Source: Gammaproteobacteria bacterium
GTDB taxonomy: Bacteria > Pseudomonadota > Gammaproteobacteria > JABDGN01
Direction: 5' to 3'
Length of the DNA stretch: 58,079 bases
Assembly (NCBI GenBank): GCA_013285995.1
Contig: JABDGN010000005.1
Span: forward strand, 1-58,079
A program made the translations under genes and the position numbers. Below the pieces are notes generated by a model, which searched no databases, was not told where the DNA came from, and worked only from the letters and a program-made list of their open reading frames with translations. Below are positions 1 to 8,966 of this stretch, piece by piece (position 1 is the first letter of the stretch; each line of letters starts with the position of its first letter).

Positions 1-75
1 TAAGATAAAGCAGAAATATGCAATTAAGTAAATTTCTTCTTATCAATGAATTTAAGTGCGGGATTCCGGGATGAC
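1..75. repeat. Family-A composite palindromic element, right-hand part (cut by window edge)
   Basis: ttaagtgcgggattccgggatgac (52-75) plus the preceding ~50 nt align with the right half of the copy at 5894-6045. Confidence 0.6.
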
Positions 76-99
76 GAAAACCGAAACTCTCAATATTAT

Positions 100-1545
100 A
101 TGTCACCAACCGCACTTACCATTGCTAAACAAGAATTACTCACCCGCGCATCCCTTTCAGAAAGCGCTTTAAATCCCATTTTTGATCGATTGCTCGCGCG
201 GCGGGTCGATGCGGCAGATTTATATTTTCAAGCCAGCTGTTTAGAATCCTGGTCATTGGAAGAAGGCTTAGTGAAATCCGGCAGTTATCATCAATCGCGT
301 GGCGTCGGTGTGCGTGCCATTAAAGGCGAAAAAACCGGTTTTGCTTATAGTGATGATATTGAGTTGCCGGCTTTAATTGAAGCGGCTGATGCAGCGCGCA
401 GCATTGTGCATCAAAAAGCGAAATCGACACCGAAAATTTGGCAGCCACAAAAAAGTCATCATTTATATTCGACGCACAATCCTTTACACAATTTTTCTGA
501 AGCCGAAAAAATTGCTATCCTGCAAAACATCGATCGCTTGGCACGCGGTTTAGATCCACGCGTAAAACAAGTGATGGCAAATTTATCGGCTGAATATGAC
601 ACCGTATTAATTTTTGATATTGAAGGCCATCTCGCCGCTGACGTACGGCCTTTATTGCATTGCAGTGTCAGCATTATTGCTGAAGATGCCAAAGGGCGGC
701 GTGAAACCGGTTATGCCGGTGGCGGTGGGCGTTATGATTATCAAGTTTTTGTGCAAGAAAATTTGGCGGAAAAATTAACGCGGGATGCCGTGCGCCAAGC
801 GTTACTGAATTTAGACGCAATTCCAGCTCCAGCGGGCATGATGCCCGTCGTGTTAGGCCCCGGTTGGCCGGCCGTGTTGCTGCATGAAGCGATTGGCCAT
901 GGTTTGGAAGGCGATTTTAATCGCAAAGGCACGTCGATTTTTAGTGGCCGCATGGGTGAACGGGTAGCATCACCTTTGTGCACGATTGTTGATGATGGCA
1001 CTTTAAAAAATCGGCGTGGCTCATTAAATATCGATGATGAAGGTACGCCGACGCAGTGTACCACCTTAATTGAAAACGGCATTTTGCGCGGCTATATTCA
1101 CGATAAATTGAATGCGCGTTTAATGAAAACTGCGCCGACCGGCAATGGTCGGCGTGAATCTTACGCGCACTTGCCGATGCCGCGTATGACCAACACTTAC
1201 ATGTTGGCAGGTAAAGATGATCCGCAAGACATTATTGCGTCCGTTGAACGCGGCATTTACGCCGTGAATTTTGCCGGCGGGCAAGTGGACATCACCTCCG
1301 GACAATTTGTCTTCTCCGCCAGTGAAGCGTATTTAATTGAAAAAGGTAAAATCGTGGCGCCTGTGAAGGGTGCCACTTTAATTGGTAATGGCGCCGAAGT
1401 CTTAAGCAAAATAGAAAGAGTCGGTAATGATTTGCAACTCGACAGTGGCATTGGCGTATGCGGTAAAGAAGGCCAATCGGTCCCTGTCGGTGTTGGTCAA
1501 CCGACTTTGAAAATTTCGGCAATGACGGTTGGGGGGACGGAGTAA
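100..1545 (+). CDS. tldD: TldD metalloprotease subunit
   Basis: ORF 46-1545. The Met at 100 matches the canonical TldD N-terminus ([21 protein letters not shown]). [11 protein letters not shown] zinc motif present. Codons 46-99 are translated repeat sequence. Confidence 0.9.
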   Translation: MSPTALTIAKQELLTRASLSESALNPIFDRLLARRVDAADLYFQASCLESWSLEEGLVKSGSYHQSRGVGVRAIKGEKTGFAYSDDIELPALIEAADAARSIVHQKAKSTPKIWQPQKSHHLYSTHNPLHNFSEAEKIAILQNIDRLARGLDPRVKQVMANLSAEYDTVLIFDIEGHLAADVRPLLHCSVSIIAEDAKGRRETGYAGGGGRYDYQVFVQENLAEKLTRDAVRQALLNLDAIPAPAGMMPVVLGPGWPAVLLHEAIGHGLEGDFNRKGTSIFSGRMGERVASPLCTIVDDGTLKNRRGSLNIDDEGTPTQCTTLIENGILRGYIHDKLNARLMKTAPTGNGRRESYAHLPMPRMTNTYMLAGKDDPQDIIASVERGIYAVNFAGGQVDITSGQFVFSASEAYLIEKGKIVAPVKGATLIGNGAEVLSKIERVGNDLQLDSGIGVCGKEGQSVPVGVGQPTLKISAMTVGGTE

Positions 1546-1598
1546 CGGCAGTTCCCGCTGAAAAAAAGGTGAGCGGGAGCCGCTGACGGAGTAAAAAT

Positions 1599-3200
1599 AT
1601 GTTTGTTACATCGGTAAAATTAGAAAATAATACATTTAATCAACGTTGTATGTTGTTTTGGTTAGGGCAAGGTAGAGAAGATCTCGAAAATCTTCTTAGG
1701 TCATTTGAATTTTATTTTAATCAACAACGTTTTTTAACAGCAATTTTTAATTTACAGTTAGGATTTAGTAAAATTGCCGAAGCAGAGCCTGATTACACTC
1801 CTAAAAAATCTGTTGTCTATTTCACGCAGTTTTTAGTATGCGGAAGAGAAATTGCTACATATTGTGGATTTGATTATTTGTTTGTTGAGCTTGAAAAATG
1901 TGTCAAGGATAAAAAAAACCTATTTGAGGAAATGCATAGAGCACTTTATTTATGTAATTGCAATTTTGGTGGCACCACAAATAATACTTTTATGAAAGAT
2001 AAAGATGTGGCTCTCAACACTGCACGTAGGAATTTATTTAATGGCTTAATGGGAAAGAAACTTTTTGTTGAGTTTTTATATGATGCTGTAATCCTTTGGC
2101 TAAAGATTATTAATTCTTCACACCTTACGAGTTTCCAACAAAAATTGTATGCATTTACCCAATATCAAATTGCTGAAGATGAATTTGTGGAAATTAGTTT
2201 AAATGATTCTCCGCTACCTCCGAAGGTGTCAGAAAAAATAGAACCTGTTGTGACATCTAATCAATCGGCAATCAATTTCTCTTCTCAATCATATAATTTT
2301 GCAAAAATAATAGTGACATTTGTAGAAGCAATTTTGGGGAAATACAGAAATCCCCTTGAAGATAAATATGAACATATCGCTTATGAAAATTTTACTCTGA
2401 CAAATGAAGCAAAACTTTTTTTTAAAAATGATGCAGCAATAAAACCAATCTCTCCCCTTTTTTGTAACCCGCAACAAATACGTCATGATAACAAACTTAC
2501 TACTCCTAATAATTTTTGGCAGGCTGAACTAAAATATCGATTTGATAATTTTATAGTGGCTCTTGAATATAAAGCAAGCTCCGTTGAGTCGTTGTCTGTT
2601 AAAGTCTCTGGGAATTTAATAGTAACGGCATGTAATATACACGTTGTTTTGTCGAAATTATTCGAAAATAATAGGGGTTCTTTCGGGTCAAATGATTTCT
2701 GCAAATTTTATGACGATTTTATCTATAGTTATTTGCGTTGGATGGATAATGAAAAACTGATGCGATTAAGTACTTCGCTGCTAGAAATGGAAGAAAAACT
2801 TTTTTATCAGTTGATTGTAAGATTGGTGAGGGTGGTTACCTTGTGTGATGAAAGAAGTTATCCAACGATAAAATTCTGGCGTAAGGTTTGGGATAGTATG
2901 TGTAAAATTTTCTATTTGTTTTTTGATCTACTTAAAAATAACCCAGAACTGCCACCAGCTTTATATTCAACCTGTTTATTTAAATTTAACAATCTTGTAA
3001 GTAAAGCTTGTGCTGATAAAGGAAAAATAGTTGGTTGTTTTTCTGGATTAGAAAATTTGCTTCAAATATCACCTAGCTTCAAAGAGTCTCCTGCACATAT
3101 ACTTTATGCTTTATCTGCAATTATTTCTCCAGAAGAGGCTGAAATTGCTTACAATAAAGATAACTTGCAATGTCTACCAGAGAATCCACTGCCATCATGA
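1599..3200 (+). CDS. hypothetical protein, 533 aa, Asn/Lys/Phe/Ile-rich orphan with no recognisable motif
   Basis: Long uninterrupted ORF. GGAG lies 8 nt upstream of the ATG. The stop overlaps the pmbA start (ATGA 3197-3200). Visibly AT-richer than its neighbours. Confidence 0.6.
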   Translation: MFVTSVKLENNTFNQRCMLFWLGQGREDLENLLRSFEFYFNQQRFLTAIFNLQLGFSKIAEAEPDYTPKKSVVYFTQFLVCGREIATYCGFDYLFVELEKCVKDKKNLFEEMHRALYLCNCNFGGTTNNTFMKDKDVALNTARRNLFNGLMGKKLFVEFLYDAVILWLKIINSSHLTSFQQKLYAFTQYQIAEDEFVEISLNDSPLPPKVSEKIEPVVTSNQSAINFSSQSYNFAKIIVTFVEAILGKYRNPLEDKYEHIAYENFTLTNEAKLFFKNDAAIKPISPLFCNPQQIRHDNKLTTPNNFWQAELKYRFDNFIVALEYKASSVESLSVKVSGNLIVTACNIHVVLSKLFENNRGSFGSNDFCKFYDDFIYSYLRWMDNEKLMRLSTSLLEMEEKLFYQLIVRLVRVVTLCDERSYPTIKFWRKVWDSMCKIFYLFFDLLKNNPELPPALYSTCLFKFNNLVSKACADKGKIVGCFSGLENLLQISPSFKESPAHILYALSAIISPEEAEIAYNKDNLQCLPENPLPS

Positions 3201-4504
3201 CACAGAAAAGAATTACTCAAGCAATAACCTTAGCCAAATCTCTTGGTGCCACTGCCGCTGAAGCCAGCGTCAGCGTGTCGAAAGGTTTCTCTTTGCAAGT
3301 GCGGATGGGGGAGATTGAAACGCTGGAATATCATCATGATAAACATTTGAATGTTACGGTTTATCATAATCATTCACAAGGTTCAATCAGTACCACCGAT
3401 TTGCGGCCAGAAGCGATTGAAGAAGGCGTGGCTAAGGCTTTGCAAATTGCGAAATTAACGGAGGCTGATCCTTTAGCCGGGTTACCGGATAAAGAATTAT
3501 TAGCTTCTGATTATCCCGATTTAGATTTATCGCACCCCTGGGATATTACGCCAGAAACTGCCACAGAGTTGGCACTCGAGTGTGAAACGCGGGCGCGCAA
3601 AGCTGATAAACGCATTAGCAATTCGGAAGGCGTTTCGTTCAGCACCCAAAAAACCGATTATGTGTATGGTAATTCTTTAGGTTTTATCGGCAGCTTTCCC
3701 AATACTTCGCATCAATTGAGTTGTGCTTTAGTGGCGAGTGGTAAAGGTGATATGCAGCGTGATTCGAGTTATACCGTTGCGCGGGATCCGAGCGATTTAT
3801 GGACCATCAATCGCTTGGCAGATGAAGCTGTCGCTCATACTTTGCAGCGGTTAAATCCCCGTAGTTTAAGCACCCAACAAGCGCCCATTATTTTCAGCAA
3901 AGAAGTAGCGAGTGGCTTGCTCGGTCATTTTATTGCTGCGATTCGTGGTGGCGCGTTGTATCGCAAAGCCAGTTTCTTAACTGATCAATTGGGGGCAAAA
4001 ATTTTTCCTGATTGGATAAACATCAGCGAAAACCCACATTTATTAAAAGGTTTAGGCAGTGCGCCCTTTGACAGCGATGGTGTTAAAACTGTCGCTAAAA
4101 ATTTTATTGAGCAAGGTCGTTTAGTCAATTATGCTTTAGGTACTTACAGCGCGCGCAAATTAAATATGAAAAATACCGGCAATAGCGGTGGCGTACATAA
4201 TTTAACAATTTCTTCCAATGCCGAAGATTTAAACGCGTTAATTAAACAAATGGATAAAGGTTTAGTAGTCACGGAATTAATGGGGCAGGGCATTAATATC
4301 ATTACCGGCGATTATTCGCGCGGTGCCTCGGGCTTTTGGGTCGAAAACGGTGTGATTCAACACCCTGTGCATCAAATTACGATTGCCGGCAATTTACGCG
4401 ATATTTTCACACGTATTCTTGCCGTCGGTAACGACATTGACACGCGCGGTAATATCCACAGCGGTTCGATTCTAATCGAGCAAATGATGATTGCGGGGCA
4501 GTGA
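3197..4504 (+). CDS. pmbA: PmbA/TldE metalloprotease subunit
   Basis: ORF 3170-4504. The Met at 3197 aligns with the PmbA N-terminus. Family-typical C-terminal blocks: GDYSRGASGFWVENG, ITIAGNL, ending IAGQ. Confidence 0.9.
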   Translation: MTQKRITQAITLAKSLGATAAEASVSVSKGFSLQVRMGEIETLEYHHDKHLNVTVYHNHSQGSISTTDLRPEAIEEGVAKALQIAKLTEADPLAGLPDKELLASDYPDLDLSHPWDITPETATELALECETRARKADKRISNSEGVSFSTQKTDYVYGNSLGFIGSFPNTSHQLSCALVASGKGDMQRDSSYTVARDPSDLWTINRLADEAVAHTLQRLNPRSLSTQQAPIIFSKEVASGLLGHFIAAIRGGALYRKASFLTDQLGAKIFPDWINISENPHLLKGLGSAPFDSDGVKTVAKNFIEQGRLVNYALGTYSARKLNMKNTGNSGGVHNLTISSNAEDLNALIKQMDKGLVVTELMGQGINIITGDYSRGASGFWVENGVIQHPVHQITIAGNLRDIFTRILAVGNDIDTRGNIHSGSILIEQMMIAGQ

Positions 4505-4512
4505 AAAAAGCC

Positions 4513-4541
4513 TTGCCAAGCAATCCTTTGGTTGTTATAAT
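4513..4541 (+). promoter_or_regulatory. sigma70-like promoter TTGCCA-17-TATAAT
   Basis: TTGCCA 4513-4518, 17-nt spacer, TATAAT 4536-4541, just upstream of ATG 4548. Confidence 0.4.
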
Positions 4542-4547
4542 GAATTT

Positions 4548-5168
4548 ATGAATCGAAAATTAATTATCCCCAAAAAAGCGGAAAAAAATTTACTCGCTGA
4601 TATCAAAGAATTAATTGAATCGGCGCGTCAGGCTGCAGCGCGGTATGTGAATTCTTCACTGGTTTTGCTGTATTGGAAAGTTGGTCAACGTATTGACCAG
4701 GAACTTTTAAAGCAGGAACGAGCTGAGTATGGCGAGCAAATAGTTAAGCAACTTGCAGCGGAACTAACTATTTCTTATGGGCGTGGTTTCCATTTTACAG
4801 CTTTATCAAGAATGACACGCTTTGCCAGGTTTTATTCTCAAGAGAAAATAGTTGCGACAGTGTCGCAACTATTGTCTTGGTCGCACTTTGCCGAATTGGT
4901 TAGTTTGGATGCTCCCCTAAAACGTGAATTCTATACCGAACTATGCCGCTTAGAACACTGGAGTGTAAGGCAACTGCGTAAAAAAATACAGAGCATGTTG
5001 TATGAACGAACGGCTTTATCTAAGCAGCCTGAAAAAACTATTCAACATGATTTGAAAAATTTGCGAAAAGAAAATGAAATCTCAACAGATCTTGCTTTTC
5101 GCGATCCCTACATTTTGGATTTTCTTCAGAAGCAAGCGAGACTTGCTGGATTGCAGAATCATGCTTGA
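4548..5168 (+). pseudogene. DUF1016/YhcG-family protein, N-terminal part only (PD-(D/E)xK nuclease domain missing)
   Basis: The product matches the DUF1016 N-terminal region up to FRDPYILDFL, then ends after 13 unrelated residues. Full-length members are about 130-150 aa longer. The 3' end overlaps the trmJ start. Confidence 0.6.
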
Positions 5169-5925
5169 CAACATCCATATCATTCTCATTAATACCACGC
5201 ATCCCGGTAACATCGGTGCTGCGGCGCGGGCGATGAAAACCATGGGGCTGAATAATTTAATTTTGGCTAATCCCTACGCAAAATTTCCCAGTGCTGAAAT
5301 TACCGCGCGCGCGGCAGGTGCTGATAGCGTGTTAGAAAATACCAAAGTATTTGCTTCGTTTGCAGAAGCGATTAAAGATTTTAATGTAGTAATTGGCACC
5401 AGCGCGGAAGAGCGACGCTTGCCTTTACAGCGCTTAACGGCACGTGAGTGTGCGGAGTTTGTGTGCGCACAAAATCCTGCGGAAAAAATTGCGATTGTAT
5501 TCGGCACCGAACGCTCCGGCATGAGTAATGAAGAACTAGCTTTGTGTCAGCGGCAAGTGGTGATTCCAACCAGTCCTGATTGCACTTCGTTAAATTTAGC
5601 GGCAGCAGTGCAAGTGATTGCCTATGAAGTGTTTGTGGCGGCATGTGCAGCGGAACGGGCTGAAATGCCGATAAAAGCGGCGCATGATCGCTTAGCCACT
5701 AGCGCTGAATTGCAGCAATTCTATGAGCACCTGGAGCAAACTTTGTTAGAAATCGAATTCCTTAATCCGGTCGTCGATAAGAAAATTTTTCCCCGCTTGA
5801 CGCGCCTGTTTAATCGGGCTTGTTTGGAAACGGGTGAAGTGAATTTGTTGCGGGGACTTTTAAAGGCATTACGGAAGAATTCACAAACTGGGTGTCATCC
5901 CCGCGAAAGCGGGGATCCAGGCTAA
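5161..5925 (+). CDS. trmJ: tRNA (cytidine/uridine-2'-O)-methyltransferase TrmJ (SpoU family)
   Basis: MLDNIHIILINTTHPGNIGAAARAMKTMG N-terminus and SpoU motifs (FGTERSGMSNEE, IPTSPDCTSLNLAAAV). The last ~10 codons lie inside a family-A repeat. Confidence 0.85.
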   Translation: MLDNIHIILINTTHPGNIGAAARAMKTMGLNNLILANPYAKFPSAEITARAAGADSVLENTKVFASFAEAIKDFNVVIGTSAEERRLPLQRLTARECAEFVCAQNPAEKIAIVFGTERSGMSNEELALCQRQVVIPTSPDCTSLNLAAAVQVIAYEVFVAACAAERAEMPIKAAHDRLATSAELQQFYEHLEQTLLEIEFLNPVVDKKIFPRLTRLFNRACLETGEVNLLRGLLKALRKNSQTGCHPRESGDPG

Positions 5926-6045
5926 ATCAAGAGCAGCCTGGATCCCGGATATCCCGCACTTAAATTTGTATAAGAGAAAGTAACATTACTCAATTAACTA
6001 AATTCCTTCTTATCCATGGATTTAAGTGCGGGATTCCGGGATGAC
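5894..6045. repeat. Family-A composite palindromic element (complete, ~150 bp)
   Basis: gtcatccccgcgaaagcggggatccaggc ... gcctggatcccggatatcccgcacttaaat ... atttaagtgcgggattccgggatgac. GTCAT/ATGAC ends, CCAGGC/GCCTGG central stem, internal hairpins. Confidence 0.8.
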
Positions 6046-6082
6046 AAAGGCCGACATTTTTCAATTAACGAATGCCATCCAT

Positions 6083-6110
6083 TTGCAATCTAAAAAACCT
6101 TTGCTATACT
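6083..6110 (+). promoter_or_regulatory. sigma70-like promoter TTGCAA-16-TATACT
   Basis: TTGCAA 6083-6088 and TATACT 6105-6110, about 55 nt upstream of the small ORF at 6167. Confidence 0.35.
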
Positions 6111-6166
6111 TTTCCTGCCTTAATAATTGTTTTCAAGGTATTAACTTACTCTACAGGAGAAACATC

Positions 6167-6235
6167 ATGGCTAACAAAGAACAGCATAAAGAATCGAAGG
6201 GTAAAGCTAAAAAAGCCCCTGCGAAAAAGAAATAG
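6167..6235 (+). CDS. 22-aa lysine-rich micro-protein MANKEQHKESKGKAKKAPAKKK
   Basis: AGGAGA lies 6 nt upstream of ATG 6167. A strong intrinsic terminator follows directly, and a candidate promoter lies upstream. Confidence 0.5.
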   Translation: MANKEQHKESKGKAKKAPAKKK

Positions 6236-6256
6236 TTTTGACCTTGTTGTTGTTAC

Positions 6257-6289
6257 AAGCCCCTTGTTTTATACCAAGGGGCTTTTTTT
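6257..6289 (+). terminator. rho-independent terminator
   Basis: aagccccttg (6257-6266) / caaggggctt (6275-6284), 8-nt loop, followed by a T7 run. Confidence 0.75.
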
Positions 6290-6305
6290 ACTTCCTAACT
6301 TCCAC

Positions 6306-6387
6306 GTCATTCCCGCGTAGGCGGGAATCCAGATTTTTTTACAGGTTAAACAGAGTTGTTCTGGATCCCCGCTTTCGCGGGGATGAC
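6306..6387. repeat. Family-A palindromic element (two inverted ATTCCC-N8-GGGAAT-type hairpins)
   Basis: gtcattcccgcgtaggcgggaatccag ... ctggatccccgctttcgcggggatgac. Confidence 0.8.
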
Positions 6388-6413
6388 GGAGTCAACAGTT
6401 ATGATTTAATATT

Positions 6414-8375
6414 CTACGCTGCCAACTCCGGCAAATTTTTATATAACTCTAAGGCTTCAGGATTTGCCAAGGCTTCGGCATTTTTCACTGCCTTGCCATG
6501 CACCACATCACGCACGGCGATTTCGGTAATTTTGCCGCTCTTGGTGCGGGGAATATCCATCACCGCTATCACCTTCGCCGGGACATGTCGAGGAGATGCA
6601 TTGTCCCGGATTTGCTTTTTAATCTTTTGGATCAACTCTTCAGTTAAGCGAGCATCCTGTTTCAAGTGAACGAATAATATGACCCGTTCATCTTGATCCC
6701 ATTTTTGTCCAATGGCGATCGACTCAATCACTTCCGGCAATTTTTCCACTTGCCGATAAATTTCTGCGGTGCCAATGCGCACGCCGCCGGGTTTCAATGT
6801 TGCATCGGAGCGGCCATAAATAATAATGCCATTATGCTCGGTGATTTCCGCAAAATCGCCATGACACCATACATTGGGTATATTTTCAAAATACGCCGCG
6901 TGATATTTTGTACCGATCGGATCATTCCAAAAACCAATCGGCATGCAAGGAAAAGATTTTAAACAAGAGAATTCACCTTTGTCACCGCGGATCGGTTTGC
7001 CATTATCATCTAACACTTCAACATACAAACCCAAACCACGACATTGAATTTCACCATTCCATACCGGCAATATCGGGCAACCTAACACAAAGCAAGACAC
7101 AATATCGGTGCCACCGGAAATCGAACAGAGTTGTACATCGGTTTTAATTTCGCGATACACATATTCAAAGCCTTCATGCGAAAGTGGACTACCAGTTGAT
7201 AACATCATGCGTAAGCTCGAGAGTTTATGGGTTTTACGCGGGTGCAAATGATTTTTGTTGATCGCATCAATAAATTTCGCGGACACACCCAAGTGCGTAC
7301 ACTGTTCTTGATCCACCAAGTCAAATAAAATATTGCCTTCATTGATGAGCGGCGAACCATCATACAAAAGCAAAGTGACATCGGAACCGATACCCGAAGC
7401 TAACCAATTCCACATCATCCAACCACAGGTGGTGAAGTAACACAATTTGTCATTGGGTTTTAAATCGGTTTGTAAACGATGTTCTTTCAAGTGTTGTAAT
7501 AAAACACCGCCCACACTATGCACAATACATTTTGGTACCCCGGTGGTACCCGAAGAATAGAGAATGTATAAGGGGTGATTAAACGGCACCCGCACAAAAT
7601 TAATTTCTGTTTGAGCTGAATAAGGCGTCAAAAAATCTTCCCATAAAATGGCATCGGAAATTTTTTTAATGTTTGGTGTGTCATCGTGATGAATGTAAGG
7701 AATAATCACTACTTTTTGCAGCGATGGAATTTTACTTTTTACTTCACTGACTTTATCTAAAATATCGATCACTTTATTATTATAATAATAGCCATCTACG
7801 GTAATTAAAATTTTCGGTTCCACTTGACCAAAGCGATCAATCACCCCTTGCACACCAAAATCGGGTGAAGCGGCAGTGTAAGTTGCACCGATGGCTGAAG
7901 TCGCTAACATCGCAATGACGGCCTCTGCCATATTCGGAATATAAGCTGCGACGCGATCACCGGATTTAATACCCATGCCACTTAAAGCGGCCGCTAGTTG
8001 CGCCACCTGTTGATAAACTTGCGCGTACGAAAAGCGTTGCTTAACTTTATCTTCACCCCAAAACACTAAGGCATCGTGCGCATCGCGCCGCCGCAATAAA
8101 TTTTCGGCAAAATTTAAGCGCGCTTCGGGGAACCATTTCGCGCCTGGCATTTTATCTAAATCTTTTACCACGGTTTGGCCGCGCTCACCAATCACGCCCA
8201 TGTAATCCCAAATCGACGCCCAAAAATCGGCCGGCTCATCGACCGACCATTGCCATAAATCTTGATAATTAGTGAAAGTTTTATGCCAACGCTTCGCCAT
8301 TTCTTGCATGAAGTGGGTCATATTTGCATTGGCGATTTGAGTTTTGGAAGGTTGCCAGAGCGGCTGGGTAGTCAT
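6414..8375 (-). CDS. acetoacetyl-CoA synthetase (acetoacetate-CoA ligase)
   Basis: 653-aa AMP-forming ligase (YSSGTTGVPK, PRTKSGKI). N-terminus MTTQPLWQPS...IANANMTHFM is typical of acetoacetyl-CoA synthetases. GGAG RBS. Confidence 0.8.
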   Translation of the reverse strand: MTTQPLWQPSKTQIANANMTHFMQEMAKRWHKTFTNYQDLWQWSVDEPADFWASIWDYMGVIGERGQTVVKDLDKMPGAKWFPEARLNFAENLLRRRDAHDALVFWGEDKVKQRFSYAQVYQQVAQLAAALSGMGIKSGDRVAAYIPNMAEAVIAMLATSAIGATYTAASPDFGVQGVIDRFGQVEPKILITVDGYYYNNKVIDILDKVSEVKSKIPSLQKVVIIPYIHHDDTPNIKKISDAILWEDFLTPYSAQTEINFVRVPFNHPLYILYSSGTTGVPKCIVHSVGGVLLQHLKEHRLQTDLKPNDKLCYFTTCGWMMWNWLASGIGSDVTLLLYDGSPLINEGNILFDLVDQEQCTHLGVSAKFIDAINKNHLHPRKTHKLSSLRMMLSTGSPLSHEGFEYVYREIKTDVQLCSISGGTDIVSCFVLGCPILPVWNGEIQCRGLGLYVEVLDDNGKPIRGDKGEFSCLKSFPCMPIGFWNDPIGTKYHAAYFENIPNVWCHGDFAEITEHNGIIIYGRSDATLKPGGVRIGTAEIYRQVEKLPEVIESIAIGQKWDQDERVILFVHLKQDARLTEELIQKIKKQIRDNASPRHVPAKVIAVMDIPRTKSGKITEIAVRDVVHGKAVKNAEALANPEALELYKNLPELAA

Positions 8376-8420
8376 GGTAGAAACTCCGTTAAAACATCTG
8401 TCGGAAAGTATAGACGAGGT

Positions 8421-8449
8421 TTGACAAAGTGGGCTTAAAAGCGTAGCAT
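8421..8449 (+). promoter_or_regulatory. sigma70-like promoter TTGACA-17-TAGCAT
   Basis: TTGACA 8421-8426, 17-nt spacer, TAGCAT 8444-8449. GGAGAA RBS before ATG 8490. Confidence 0.5.
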
Positions 8450-8489
8450 GAAACCGGTTATTTTAACTTAAATCCCGGAGAACTTAATC

Positions 8490-8861
8490 ATGCAAACCGT
8501 TTTCGCAGAAAAATTAAAAGAAATGGGCACCAGCTGTGTTGCTCACGCCGCCGCAGTACAAAAATTAAATACTGAAGCAGTGAGTCAATTTACCAAAAAT
8601 AATCCGTTTGAAAAATTAACGGCCGTTAGAAATCCGCAAGATGTTGTAGATGTAAGTCGCGATGTACACGCGAAAGTGAGTGCTGCGGCGATTAACTACG
8701 CACAAGAATTGACAAACCTCATCGTCAAAGCATCGTTTGATTATGTGACTAAATGCAATGAGTTAACTGCAGAATTAGCACACACCGGTCATGAAACCGT
8801 GAAAACTGGTTTGGCTTCTGTTGCTGCTGCCGCTACGAATGCTGGTAAAGCGTCTAAATAA
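8490..8861 (+). CDS. phasin-like PHA granule-associated protein (putative)
   Basis: 123-aa Ala/Lys/Thr-rich helical protein within a PHB locus. Strong promoter and RBS. The call rests on composition and context. Confidence 0.5.
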   Translation: MQTVFAEKLKEMGTSCVAHAAAVQKLNTEAVSQFTKNNPFEKLTAVRNPQDVVDVSRDVHAKVSAAAINYAQELTNLIVKASFDYVTKCNELTAELAHTGHETVKTGLASVAAAATNAGKASK

Positions 8862-8863
8862 TC

Positions 8864-8966
8864 GTAGGTCGGCTTCCCGAATTCCGCTGCAAGCGGAATG
8901 AGCAAGCCGACGCCCAATGTCGGCTTACGCGCTTCATCTTCGATGAAACGCGGGAAGCCGACCTAC
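8864..8966. repeat. Family-B double-hairpin palindromic element
   Basis: gtaggtcggcttcccg...caagccgac / gtcggcttacgcg...gggaagccgacctac. Fills the gap between the convergent phasin and phaB genes. Confidence 0.85.

Noticed and set aside
459-1522. Minus-strand ORFs inside tldD, and similar antisense ORFs inside sufB, uvrB, recJ, ffh, bdhA, phaC, the MFS genes and the multicopper oxidase
   Set aside because: They are shadow frames of well-supported conserved genes, with Arg/Ser/Cys-rich nonsense products.
6238-6669. ORFs 6072-6320 and 6238-6669 (+ strand)
   Set aside because: They run through the terminator and family-A repeat and then antisense to the acetoacetyl-CoA synthetase gene. Their products are low-complexity repeat translations such as SFPRRRESRF.
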